A stretch of DNA of 64,000 bases from Eledone cirrhosa (GCA_964016885.1 OZ024742.1:192448001-192512000); one strand, 5' to 3'. Shown: positions 1-15,004, numbered from the stretch's first letter. Numbers and translations are program-made. The notes: generated by a model from the sequence alone, not told the origin.

Positions 1-1459
1 GAAACATTAATCAGCGTGGGAGGATATGATTATGCAAGACCTGTGAGTACCCGTAACTAGATGTCTGAAGCATTTTATCCAACTCTCTAACACTTGAGCC
101 AACCCACTGTCCTCAGTATGTGTAAAAATAACAATGGAACGCACCTATACATCCTAACGTATCTCCCCCGCCGCCCCATATTACATTGGCATGATACAAT
201 TAATTTTACTGGAGACTAGCAGTCACGAGCTTCTTATCAACATCCTTGATTTCCTCCTACCTTTGATGCTATTAACCTTTATGCTACCACATTATTTCCT
301 CTTGTTTCGTGTTCCTTTTTGACGTGGAGAAAAAGAAAAGAAAAAAAAAGAAATAATGAATACATAAACAAAATAATAATAACAATAATATTAACGAAAA
401 TGGAAAAAAAAATGTTGCCTGAACATAATTGTCTTGCGAAGCAAAAATTTGATTTTTTTTTTTTTTTATTGTTCTTTATTTAACCGAATCCTATTATAAC
501 TAAAAGAGTGTTTATTTCATTTTAATGTTCCTTTTCTTTCGTGTAAGACATGAAACAAAGACAATATTAGTACATTTGAGCTAAAAACTATTTGTCTCTT
601 TTCTTTACGTTTTATCTTGTCATATTTTTTTATGTAACAATTTTTTTTATTTCTAATTGTTTTATTGATGATTTTTACTACTTTTTATTGATTATTTTTA
701 CTACATTTTATCGATTATTTTTTACTACTTTAACACTCTGCTTTGGTACTCTCTGCGCTCTGCGTTCAAATCCTGCCAAGGTCATCTTTGCCTTTCATCT
801 TTCTGCATAAAATTCGAGTGGGGGTGAAAGAAAGCCAGTTAAAATATATATCACTACTTCCAACCCTTTCATGTGATTACTGTAATATCTATATGTTTTT
901 AACTACCATTATCTAGGAGTATTTACCTGGATTTCCATCCACACCACCAGCCTCCTTACATAACCACCTCTTTCATCATATTCTCCTCTTATACCTTCGC
1001 ACCTAGACATTGTGTGTATGTGTGAGCACATGCACACACATGCACACAAACACCTACATGCAATGTGACACGCCGACATTCACATATATGAACTGTACAC
1101 ATGATACATACATGCACATACTCATACTCACACACATGTTATACACAAACATACACACATACACACACAAACTGTACACATGATACATACATGTCCATAC
1201 GCACAATAAACATTGTGTGTATGTGTGAGCGCATGCACACACATACACAAACACCTACATGTGGTGTGACACGCCGACATTCACATATAGGAACTGTATA
1301 CATCACACATACATGCACATACGCACAATCACACGCACGTAGTTATACACACACACCTACACACACAAACACCTACATACGGACTGACACATTGACATTG
1401 ACATATACAAACTGCACACATGATATATACATGTACACACGATTAGATACACACACAAA

Positions 1460-2670
1460 CACCTACGTAGGGAGGGACAGGTATATATACTCAAACACAC
1501 GCATACACACACACAAACACCTACATGCGGAGGGACAGGTATATATACTCAAACACACGCATACACACACACAAACACCTACATGCGGAGTGACACGTAT
1601 ATATACTCAAACACACACACATGCACACACACAAACACCTACATGCGGAGTGACACGTATATATACTCAAACACACACGCATACACACACACAAACACCT
1701 ACATGCGGAGTGACACGTATATATACTCAAACACACACGCATGCACACACACAAACACCTACATGCGGAGTGACACGTATATATACTCAAACACACACGC
1801 ATGCACACACACAAACACCTACATGCGGAGTGACGCGTATATATACTCAAACACACACGCATACACACACACAAACACCGACATGCGGAGTGACACGTAT
1901 ATATACTCAAACACACACGCATGCACACACACAAACACCTACATGCGGAGTGACACGTATATATACTCAAACACACACGCATGCACACACACAAACATGC
2001 GGAGTGACACGTATATATACTCAAACACACACACATGCACACACACAAACACTTACATGCGGAGTGACACGTATATATACTCAAACACACACGCATACAC
2101 ACACACAAACACCTACTTGCGGAGTGACACGTATATATAATCAAACACACACGCATACACACAAACACCTACTTGCGGAGTGACACGTATATATACTCAA
2201 ACACACACGCATACACACACACAAACACCTACATGCGGAGTGACACGTATATATACTCAAACACACACGCATGCACACACACACAAACACCTACATGCGG
2301 AGTGACACGTATATATACTCAAACACACACGCATACACAAACACCTACATGCGGAGTGATACGTATATATACTCAAACACACACGCATGCACACACACAC
2401 AAACACCTACATGCGGAGTGACACGTATATATACTCAAACACACACGCATACACACACACAAACACCTACATGCGGAGTGACACGTATATATACTCAAAC
2501 ACACACGCATACACACACACAAACACCTACATGCGGAGTGACACGTATATATACTCAAACACACACGCATACAGACACACAAACACCTACATGCGAAGTG
2601 ACACGTATATATACTCAAACACACACGCATACACACACACAAACACCTACATGCGGAGTGACACGCCGAC
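1460..2670. repeat. ~60-bp minisatellite, about 20 units (ACACACACAAACACCTACATGCGGAGTGACACGTATATATACTCAAACACACACGCATRC)
   Basis: Near-identical units recur with 60-nt period; longer related units flank it (about 1040-1440 and 2640-2740). Confidence 0.95.
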
Positions 2671-2910
2671 ATTCACATATACAAACTGCTCACATGATAT
2701 ATACATGCACACACGCTCATGCGCACACACGTAGATATACACAAACACACACACATACTCCAACATAAACAGACATAAATCACACACTTATAGAAAAGCA
2801 CACTAAACGCACATCTAACACCCACCCATAAACATATACATTTATTTCCTCACACGCATATTTGCTACGGTGTATACACTCAATCATACAAACCGATATG
2901 CACACATATA

Positions 2911-3098
2911 ATTGTTTCTACTTTTGGCACAAGGCCAGCAAATACCCAGTACATTACTGGTACTTTATTTTATCGACCCCGTAAGGATTAAAGGCAAAGT
3001 TAACCTCGGCGGGATTTGAATTCAGTCCGTAAAGGCCCGTAACTCCATGCTGCAAAGCATGGCGTCCGACCCTCTACCGACACTGCCAATTCACCACC
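2911..3098 (-). mobile_element. tRNA-headed SINE, family A (core ...GAGTTCAAATCCCGCCGAGGTTAACTTTGCCTTTCATCCTTACGGGGTCGATAAAATAAAGTACCAGT...)
   Basis: Reverse complement of the ~190-bp element at 11066 and 25212; box-A/box-B-like motifs in the head. Confidence 0.85.
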
Positions 3099-3225
3099 AC
3101 ACATATAATGCATGCCCACACTACACGTGAAACCTATACTGTACACACATAAGTAAACACACTCACACTCACACACACACGCACATATACACATACATTG
3201 AACAGGCGGACGCATTCACATGATA

Positions 3226-3680
3226 CACCACAACCACACACACACCGGTGCCACAACTACACACACTCACCAGTACCACAACCACACACACAGCACCACA
3301 ACCACACATACGCACGAGCATCACAACCACACATACGCACGAGCATCACAACCACACACACTCACCAGTACCACAACCATACATAGTCACCAGCACCACA
3401 ACCTCACACACACACAGCACCACAACCACACATACGCACGAGCATCACAACCACTCACACTCACCAGCTCCACAACCACGCACCATAACCACACATACTT
3501 ACCGCCACCACAACCACACACACACACCAACACCACAACCACACCAGCACCACAGCCACACATACTTACCGCCACCACAACCACACACACACACCAACAC
3601 CACAACCACACACACCAGTACCACAACACCACAACCACACACACACACCAGCACCACAACCACACACACTAGCCATCACC
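3226..3680. repeat. Degenerate CACCACAACCACACA-type minisatellite
   Basis: Repeated ACCACAACCACAC motifs; explains the His/Thr-rich pseudo-ORFs. Confidence 0.85.
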
Positions 3681-4599
3681 ACTGATAGACCTTGACGCTG
3701 ATCAACAACTACTGCATATGCACCCTCATGAAAGTGTAAATATCCTCATACACATCTCCCCTCATAATGTCCCATTACCTGTGTGATTTGCATCTCTCTC
3801 TCCCACTCTCACCTCTTTGATGAACGACGAACGTCCGAAACTTTGTGAACACTTTTTTTTTTCATTTTATACCTTCATTTCCACTTTTTGTAGATGTCCT
3901 CTACATTTGGTTTTACTGTTTGTCATTGATCACCTATCGCATGTGTGTGTGTGTGTGTGTGTGCAATAAGTAAGAAAATGTTTACAAAAGATGCCGCACT
4001 GTGACATCAAATCCGGAGTCATGTTGTTGTTGTGATGAAAACCTCTTAACCATGCAGCCACGCTTGCACAAATCAACTTATACTGTTATTGTAAATGTAG
4101 TACATCACAGTCACAATGACATCAGCCCTCTCACAGTAAATATTACATATCCATTGCCAGCATAAGACACATTATTTTTGTTTAAAAGTGGATATTGAAT
4201 TAACGAACATAGCAATGGGTATCTCGTGGCCGAGTGGTTAAAATGCTTGCCTCACCTTCCAGAGGTTCTGAATTCGATCCCACTGCGTAACATCTTCCTC
4301 AATTCTCGTCGACCCGAGACTTATGAGTGAAAGTGGGATGATTGAAACTGACCTATGGTATTCATCCTTTCTCTTCACATTCTGAGTTAAAATCCTGAGG
4401 GTCAACCACTCCTCTTCCTTTCTCCTCCTCCTCCTAGTAGTAGTAGTAGTATACTTAAGAACCACTAAATTACCATCAGACGAGAACAGAGCTGAGTGTG
4501 GGAGGGGTTAAGCCAGTTGGTGTGGCCAAACGAATTTGTGGAGTCTTACTCAATTGAAGTTCTAGTTCTTTTTTTATTTTGTTCTATTACTAGTAAGTG

Positions 4600-4865
4600 T
4601 GGGGGGCATGGGGCCAAGTGGTAAGGGTATTGGACTTACAATCATAATGTCACGGGTTCGATTCCTGGGCTGGGTTTCACTTCATTTCACGCTACTCAAG
4701 TATACTCATCTCAAAATGTGTATCAGCAATAGCTGGGAGTTTAACCCTGCGATAAACTGGCATCCTGTCCAGGGAGGAGTCTTATACCCTCAGTCGCTCC
4801 ACGCCACGAAACCAGGATAATCACCGGCCTGACGAGTTTCCTGGATTGAGATAGATTCTTGACTT
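4600..4865 (+). mobile_element. tRNA-headed SINE, family B
   Basis: Head GGCATGGGGCCAAGTGGTAAG...GGTTCGATTCC; tail CACGCCACGAAACCAGGATAA...CTGACGAG shared with 8168-8413 and 59515-59793(-). Confidence 0.75.
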
Positions 4866-5049
4866 AGACTAGTTAGTACATCATGTACACTACATATATA
4901 CATGTATTTACTGTAAGGCGCCTATAAGTGATATGTATTTAGCACTGAGTTGCTAAAATAATTAATTTATGTTTTGATGTGAAGACTATATTTCCCAGTC
5001 GGACTGGGCCTCTTACGTCATTCAGATGCCTATACTTTAGAAGACTTAT

Positions 5050-5780
5050 TATCAAATTTGGAGACTTTGGGACTATTGCAACATTTCATATCTGGTCTGG
5101 GATTATTACAAGATTTTGAGCCTATATCTCACAATTTGGAGACTTTGGGACTATTTTAAGATTTGGGGTCTACATTTTACATCTGGTCTTGGTTGATTAT
5201 TAGATTTTGGGACTTACATTTCACATTTGTCCTAAGTCTTGTTACAAGATATAGAGCCTATATTTCACATTTATCCTGGCCCTATTACAAGCTTTGGAGC
5301 ATAGATTTCACGTTTGGTCTGGGCCTGTTACCAGCTTTGGAGCTTACAGTTCACATCTAGTCTAGATCTGTTACAAGATTTTGGACCTACATTTCACATC
5401 TGGCCTAAGTCTATTGCCATGTTAGAGATTTACATTCACATCTGGCTTAGGCCTATTGTCGGCTTTAGAGACCTACATTTCACATCTTGTCACACCAGGC
5501 CTGTACCTATGACCGGCATTGTCTGGCCTACTTTTCACATCTATCACATCTGGCCTGTACCTATTACTGGCATTGTCTGGCCTACATTTCACATCTGTCA
5601 CATCTGGCCTGTACCTATTACCAGCAACGTCTGGCCTATATTTCACATCTGTTACACTAGGCCTGTAACTATTACCAGCATTATCAGGCCTATATTTTAC
5701 ATCTGTCACATCTGACCTCTACCTATTACTGGCTTTGTCTGGCTTATATTTTACATCTAATCAGGATCTATTACCAGCTT
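5050..5780. repeat. Degenerate 42-54-bp tandem repeat (GGCCTACATTTCACATCTG...CCTATTAC)
   Basis: ATTTCACATCT motif recurs regularly, and the intervening parts are also related to each other. Confidence 0.85.
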
Positions 5781-6050
5781 TGCATGGTTCTGTTTTGCAC
5801 TAGCAATAAGACATTCCAGTGTAGCTCTACTGTCCTGACTGCACACACCCTTATATCCACTCCATCTTTAAATATATTTACGTTCAACTCATCATTAAAT
5901 ATATATATAATTTTTACTTCTATTTTTTCATATCTTTCTTTTCTTCACCTCCTTTTATTTGCTTTTTTTTTCTTCTTTTTTTTTTGTTTCTTATCTCTTT
6001 TCTTTTGTTTTTCTTCTTTTCTATCTTTTCTATCTGACAATTTGTTGTAG

Positions 6051-6095
6051 AAATCCAAGAAATATTGGCTTATGTCAATGACGCAGATGAACCAG
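6051..6095 (+). CDS. NOS1AP: Probable 45-nt internal exon of the NOS1AP-like gene (xIQEILAYVNDADEP)
   Basis: Very long polypyrimidine tract ending TTGTAG; donor CAG|GTAAGA. Symmetric phase-1 exon, open and in frame with exon 22789 (G+CC=Ala). Confidence 0.6.
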
Positions 6096-6395
6096 GTAAG
6101 AAGCAAGAAGCTAGTTAACCAACAACCCTTCATCAGTTACAATTACTACCACTAGTACAACTATTACTTTCATTTCTGTTTATCTTACCCGGACTAACTA
6201 AACCTAATGTTTCATTTATATTGATGTTCACAACGTTATGTTTACTGTCCTGAATACTTACAATTGGACACATTTCAACAATGTCGGTTGTCTCCAGTTA
6301 TTACACTGTTGAAATATACCCGCATGAAATACTCTGTTTGCATTGTTATACACAGAATCTTCCGTATCAATAGATACATAGATACATAGAGTATA

Positions 6396-6500
6396 CAGTG
6401 GAACCTCAGTTCACAAACATAATTCGTTCCGAAAGGTCGTTCGTCATCCAAAATATTCGTAACTTGAAACAATTTTTCCCATCAATAATTTTGAGAAATG

Positions 6501-6537
<37 letters not shown>

Positions 6538-6750
6538 AGTAAAAGACAGATAGAAATCACCATAGTAACTATCTACACAGCAAGTGACGCTTTCCCACCG
6601 GTATTCCCAATTTGTTGCCAAATGTTTTTGCCAGCTTGTGTATTTATTACTCGAGAGACCGTTCGTAAACTGAGATGTTTTATGTTTGGAAAAATTGTTC
6701 GTCAACCGATTTGTTCGTGACAAAAGCGTTCATGAACAGAGGTTCCACTG
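6396..6750. mobile_element. Tigger/pogo-type MITE
   Basis: TIRs CAGTGGAACCTC...GAGGTTCCACTG, TA on the left flank, subterminal TTCGT repeats. Confidence 0.85.
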
Positions 6751-6878
6751 CATGTAGTTCTTAGCACAAACAACTAGAAAGATTTCATTTGAAAATTAGT
6801 ATTTATTATCACTGACATATACAAGCATGAAACCCTATTGCATTGTTACAAATAGGATCTCCTGCAGATCAACAAATA

Positions 6879-7250
6879 CTCTCGGGTCTGTAATAATCAC
6901 CCCCCACCACCGCTTATTAATTTTTCGGGTTTTTTTCTAATGCCCTCCTCCCCTCATATTAAATCTAGCTAATCTATCTCCGGGGAAATTTTATTGTAAG
7001 GGCTACCATTTCTGTGACAATTAATTTGCTTTATACATTAAAAAACTTTATACATGACCAAAAAAAAAAGTATATTACTAGAAATCTCATACGTTATAAA
7101 ATAAATAGGTTGGGGTCTCAATATGTAAATTAAACGAGTAATTATGGCTTAAAAAAATAATCAACGGAGACAACCTAGAAAAATTACTAATTACACCCAC
7201 CGTCCACTTATTCCACCCCCACCCCACCCCCCATTATTTGGACCCGAGAG
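6879..7250. mobile_element. TA-targeting (Tc1/mariner-type) MITE; relatives at about 23686-24020 and 56336-56605
   Basis: TA|CTCTCGGGTC...GACCCGAGAG|TA; internal motifs (GGAGACAACCTAGAAAAA, CTAATCTATCTCCGG) shared with the other two copies. Confidence 0.8.
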
Positions 7251-8167
7251 TACATAGATACATGCAGTATAAATGCACATGCTCATAGAGAGCGTCATAT
7301 ATACTTGAAAAAAATCTATATTCTGTAGTTATTTTAAGTATATTTTGATAATGACTGGAAAGAGAATAATTAGAACGTATGATTGGATTGAAATTACATA
7401 GCTAACATTAGGGAACACAGATACTTAGACATATAGCATATTTTGTCTTTAATACAGACAACAGAACTGTTTTATATCAAAGTTGGTGTCAGCCATAATG
7501 TTATTACTCTTTACGTGTTTCAGCCGAGGGCCTGAGGCCATATTGTTGAAATATATCTGCATGAAGCCCTATGCTTGAATAGTTTATTACAATAGATATA
7601 TAAATACATATGTATCATGTATACATGCATCCATAGAGAGCAGCATGTAAACATCAAATTTCTACAATGACAGATACATAAATTCATAGACGTACAACCT
7701 AATATCTTAATTCGTGCAACAAGACAGATTTTACCAGAGGTGGTGTCTCAGCTGTATTCACTCTTAAAATATATATGCAAGAAGCCATGTATTTACAGTG
7801 TTAAACGCAATGTCCTACACAACAACATATACATTATATATAGACATACAAAAATAACTTAATACAAACCACACATGATCTTATTAGAGTTAGAGTCAGC
7901 ATAATTTTACTGTTGAAATGTACCTGCATGACGCCTTATGCTTACCTTATTACACACAGTATTCTGTACATCAACAGCTACATTACATAAGTACACGCAT
8001 CCATAGAGATACCCCTATACATGGAATAGTCTCTGTATTCGAAAGCATATTCATTAGTTATTTTTTAGCATCTAGTATTAATGAATGTCTAATGAGTAGT
8101 AAGAACATATGATAAAGGTCATTAGGAATACAAACTTCAGATAAATTATTACTTTAATATATCGTAT

Positions 8168-8413
8168 GTGGAGGTGCGTTGCATAGTGGTAAGGTGTTGG
8201 ACTTACGATTACAATGTCGTGGATTCGACTCCTGGACTGGGTTGTGTGTTATGTTTTTGAGCAAAACACGTCATTTCACGTTTCTCCAGTATACTCAGCT
8301 GAAAATGAATACCAGTAATAGTTGGGGGGTTAGCCCTGCGATGGACTGGCTCCACGCCACGAAACAAGGATAAGCCCTACCTGACGAGTCTCCTGGCTTG
8401 AGACAGACTTTAG
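8168..8413 (+). mobile_element. SINE family B copy
   Basis: Aligns with 4600-4865; tRNA-like head TAGTGG...GGATTCGACTCC. Confidence 0.75.
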
Positions 8414-9250
8414 ATTACACTCTAGATTAATATATCCTCTCTTCCTTCTAACACTGTTGGAACCCCTATAAAGAGTCATGGACCTGGCCCTCCCTAATCT
8501 CACTAAAACAAAGATAAATAAATAATAAATAAGATAAAATGAAACTAACAAATCAAATTGCTAATCTAAGTGAAAATTAATTGTCATTTATTCAACAATA
8601 TTCTGCAAAAATTCACTGTAAAGTATGAACAATGATTATGATATAGTAACGGCCGTTTAAGTTCTGAGTTCAAATTTCTTCGAGGTTACCTTTATCTTTA
8701 ATCTTTAAGAGGTCGATAAAATAAAGTAATAGTAACGCACAAGAGTCAGTTTAATCGACTTTCCCTAAAAATTGTTGGCCTTGTTCCTAAATCAGAATCT
8801 ATGATTGCATATTACTTTCAAATGTCAATAGATAGAAGCTGTTGATTTTGAACTGTGAGATAGGGTTAACCCAGCGTTAGAGTAGATATTATCTGCTAAC
8901 ATTGATAACAACTACTACAGATGGCAAGCGATTGTTTTATGGATGTTGTCAAGCAACCAACTGGGCGCCTTTCAACAAAGCGGTTGTATTATTCGTTTGG
9001 GTTTACGGTCGGTTTGTTGTTTGTTCGAGAATTATCTCATCAGTCAAGTGTTGTTCTAGAATAAACCGGCTCAAACTCAAGCAATCTGTTGTTGTTGTAT
9101 GCATGAAGTTAGTGAGATATTTATCAAACTGTTGTTCAGTGATTTTTCATTATTTGTGTTTGTGTATGTGTCCGTTTGCACACATAGAGAGGTTAGTTTG
9201 GTGGAGTTTGAAAAGAGTTGCAACGTTTCACCCCCAGTCTCTATCTATCT

Positions 9251-10535
<1,285 letters not shown>

Positions 10536-10869
10536 ACTGTTCTCCGAAGAGAAAAGAAAGATGTCGGTGTGTTTCCTAAATAGTGTAAATTAAGAATAAT
10601 AGAAAAATGGAATAATATCCCCAATTATGCTGTATTCTTCCTTGGTTCACCAATATCGACCAATAATACAATAGAATTGATTGATTTTTATCTTACATAT
10701 AAGATACAGTTAATAAATCTTATTGATTTATAACAATTCGATTTCGATTGCTAATGTTTCGTCTAGTCCCCAAAAATTGACGTTCGATTATTTGTTTAGA
10801 GTACATAGGCGTTAAGAAACTGGGATACAGTTATATAATGATGCTAACGTATTACAGGCAGCATTACTA

Positions 10870-12100
10870 AATGGTATGGTAATTGCCAAGAGAATCGGAC
10901 GCCATGCTTAGCAGTATAGAGTTACGGCCCTTTCGGCCTGTGTTCAAATCCCGCCAATGTTAACTTTGCCTTTCATCCTTACGGGGTCGATAAAATAAAG
11001 TACCAGTAATGCACTGTGATAATTGCTGGCCTTGTGCAAAAAGTAAAAACAATTATCATTATTATAGCGGTGGATTGGCAGTATCGGTAGAGGGTCGGAC
11101 GACATGCTTTGCAGCAAAGAGTTACGGCACTTTATGATCTGAGTTCAAATCCCGCCGAGGTTAATTTTGCCTTTCATCCTTACGGGGTCGATAAAATAAA
11201 GTACCAGTAATGCACTGGTATAATTGCTGGCCTTGTGCCAAAAGTAGAAATAATTATTATTATTTCGCTAAGAATTCAAATCTCACGAAAATCACATTAA
11301 AAATAAGTAATTGGATCAATACAATCGACTTTCTCTTTCCCCTAATATTGCCAGCCTTATATCAAATTAAGAAACCATTATTACCCCCAGAGTTTTAGAT
11401 TGTTAGAATGGGTGAAGCGTCGGAGAAAATAGTTTTGAGATATTTAGTTACATTCTGACTTCATATTCCGCCGAGCTCATCTCCACCTTTTATCATTCGG
11501 GGCCGATAAAATTGAGTACAAGTGGACTTTCCCCTTTAACCTAAATTGCTGTCGTTGTGGCTGAATTAGAAACCAGAGAGTCGGATAAAATATCTTGTGG
11601 CATTTCTTCCGGCTCTTTATACGTTCTGAGTTCAAATCCACCACTGCTCATATTTGCTTTTCATCCATACGGGTTCAATATACTAAATTACCAGTCAAGT
11701 ACTGGCGTGAGTGTAATGTACTTTTCCCTACACCTCAAAACACTGGCCTTTGAACTAAATTAGAAACTATTATTAAAGAGTGGTGGATAGACAATGTCAT
11801 TACAACGATAAGGAAAAATGTCTCCTTGTATTGAGTTATGGATCCTTACATTCTGGGTTCAAAAACGTTGAGATCACCTTTATATTCCATCCTTCCGGTA
11901 ATTGATAACATAAAGTACCAGTCGGACAAAATGCCTTTTAATATGACTTGCCACGTCCCAGTTCAAATCCCGCCGAGCTCAAATCTGACTTTAATTTTTC
12001 CGTGTTCAAGAAAATAAAGTACCAGTTAAGTACTGACGTTGATCTAATCAACTTGATTCTTTACCCAAAAAGTTCTGTTCTTGTGTCAATGTTACAAAGA
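10870..12100 (+). mobile_element. Head-to-tail array of about 6 family-A SINE copies of differing decay (best copy 11066-11255)
   Basis: GTTCAAATCC...TTTCATCC...GATAAAAT..GTACCAG core recurs about every 160-200 bp. Confidence 0.8.
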
Positions 12101-12822
12101 TTCGTTATTAAATTTGTATGATTATCTGTTTAAGAAGTTCGCTTCACAATCAGCCACTTACACGTTAATTGTATGAACAGGTTGCTCTATTCACTGAAAA
12201 ATTGGAACATTCATCGCCAAAACCGACGGAGTTCCATTCCAATTAAGCAGACTCTAAAATTATAAATTGGAACTGGAAAGCGTGAGAAAGCAAAACCTCT
12301 AGTTTTTATTTTAAAAGAAACACTGTAGATTTGTTTGCTGTTTGTTTGAATGTATTTAGTATTTCTGTTTACTGTTTTCATGTTATGTTTTTGGATTTTT
12401 GTTTGTTATACTTTTGGTTATATTTTTCTATAATATGTTTGTAATATTTTATATTTGATTCCTGTTCAGTTTATTGTTTTTACCACATTCCACGTGTTCC
12501 TATATACTCAGAGGAATGTACATCACCACCACCACCACTATCATCACCATCATCATCATCAACACCATCATCATCATCAAAACCACATATCATTATCTGC
12601 ACCACCATGATGTACATATGTATATTATATAGATGTGTGCGTGTGTGTATGTGTGTGTGTGTGTGTGTGCTTGCTTGAGAGAGGGAGAAAGAGAGTACAG
12701 TACAGCTACATCGCTACTTCACATTTCCTTGTTGTGGCAAAAGGTCAAAAGATCCAGAGGATATACACATAAGTACATTGTAGACACATGTACTATATAT
12801 ATACATAATACAAAATATATAT

Positions 12823-12872
<50 letters not shown>

Positions 12873-13184
12873 AAAGAATAGAGGTGTATATAGATAATAC
12901 AAATATATATATTATATATATATATATATATACTTAGACACATATAACCATTTGATCTTTGCAAGATCTACAATATGTCTGTAAGGCTACTGTTTATGAA
13001 GCATGTAACTATAATGATGTGTAAAGTTTCCCGTTCATTAAACATGTAACTTATCTGTGTCCTATGCATAATACTCTTCTTGTAAGGCTCTTTCTTCAGT
13101 TCTCCTATTGTCAGAGATACCCTGTTAAATGTTATTCTATCATCTTGACGTATTTTTCTCGTGTTCCACAACACACAAACACAA

Positions 13185-13275
<91 letters not shown>

Positions 13276-13417
13276 TGTGTGTGCATATATATGTGTGTGT
13301 GTGTGTGTATATATATATATGTGTGTGTGTGTGTATATATATATATGTCTGGGTGTGTGTGGGTGTATATATATATATGTCTGGGTGTGTGTGTGTGTGT
13401 GTGTATATATATATGTC

Positions 13418-13467
<50 letters not shown>

Positions 13468-13643
13468 CTCATATATATATTCCAGGTAGATCAAGCGTTA
13501 AACTAATACACCATTGCATTGTTCTCATGTATGATTTTTTCCTTGTTGACTTTTCATATACATTATATATATATATATATATAATATCCCTTTATTTCTA
13601 TCACTTTCCCTCTTGTCTCTCCCGCTCTCTCTTATCTATCTAC

Positions 13644-13728
<85 letters not shown>

Positions 13729-13908
13729 CTGTGTGTAAGTATACTGGACGACTGCCCGGAGTTGCTCAGTAAATAATACACTGCATTTAAAGCAATTATT
13801 GCGTGGAAAAGTCAGTGACAAGGTCGCACACAGTGCTACGTAAGTGTTGACGCCAAAAATTAAATGATAGGTATAATGTAAAGTTACATTATACACACAC
13901 ACACACAT

Positions 13909-13969
<61 letters not shown>

Positions 13970-13976
<7 letters not shown>

Positions 13977-14069
13977 CAGATTAAAGTTTAAGCAAAGAAT
14001 CACTGCTTTCACCCTTAACATTAAGGGTGAAAGCAGCGATTCTTTGCTTAAACTTTAATCTGTTATTTT
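13970..14069. repeat. Fold-back palindrome; same family as 47627-47763
   Basis: AAAATAACAGATTAAAGTTTAAGCAAAGAATC...GATTCTTTGCTTAAACTTTAATCTGTTATTTT, adjacent to (TA)n. Confidence 0.9.
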
Positions 14070-14162
14070 AATAAATATTTGCTCTATGGTTCTTATATAT
14101 TTGATACATATTTATCCTTATCGAGACCTCTTTGGATTTTAGTCTTCAAATTTATTATTATT

Positions 14163-14210
<48 letters not shown>

Positions 14211-14212
<2 letters not shown>

Positions 14213-14372
14213 AAGGCGGGTAAAATTCCCGAGATCCATGGACGAGTTCTCTCCAGCGGTCTCTGTCCCTCATTATCGCTGCCATGTCCTGCATCTCCAA
14301 CAGACCAGTGTCTGTCCTTAGGGCATCAACATACGTTAACCTTGGTCTTCCTCTTCTAGTGTGTCCATTGCA
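14211..14372 (-). mobile_element. 3' fragment of an RTE-like LINE
   Basis: Minus strand reads GHTRRGRPRLTYVDALRTDTGLLEMQDMAAIMRDRDRWRELV, matching the RGRP...DR..W C-terminus of RTE ORFs. Confidence 0.7.
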
Positions 14373-14395
14373 CTCAGTACTCCTTTGGGAGCCCC

Positions 14396-14428
<33 letters not shown>

Positions 14429-14803
14429 ATGGGTTTGTTTGGCAGAAGTCTTTATTTTTCAGTGTTGGGTATTTGCTGGAGAGAAGTGAACTAGTTGGAG
14501 CAATAACTGCTTTGTTTACGTATGACGCACTCCATCATCCACTTTTCTAATAAATATATATATCATACACAAAACGCCAGCATGAACAGTTTTCCAAGAG
14601 ATAGCAATATGAATGGACCTGTCATTTTTTCATAAAAACATTTTTTTCCTCTTTCACCCAGCCTCTCCTTTCAATCTATCTAATTTCTCTTTCTTTCTTC
14701 TGATGAAGGACTAGCATCGAAAGCGTTAACCTAATACATTCCTTCCATATACTGTACCGATTGTGTTGTTATTTCTTATTTCTGTTTACCTTTTACATAC
14801 ATG

Positions 14804-14837
<34 letters not shown>

Positions 14838-15004
14838 AAGGATAACAAAATATCGTTATAGGTAATCCAGTTAGAGGTTGTGAATACTTCTTATTATGGA
14901 TAGTTTTAGTGTACGGCGTTGCTTGACTCAACAAGAGGTTTACGTAGATGACGAGTATATGATTTCACTTGTATTCCTCTGCAAGTTTATCTTAGAGTAA
15001 TAAA

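Noticed and set aside
4210-4865. tRNA genes
   Set aside because: These are box A/B-like SINE heads without a full cloverleaf, continuing into multicopy SINE bodies.
5050-5780. CRISPR-like regular repeats (also 1460-2670)
   Set aside because: The spacers are homologous to one another, there are no cas genes, and the context is a eukaryotic intron.
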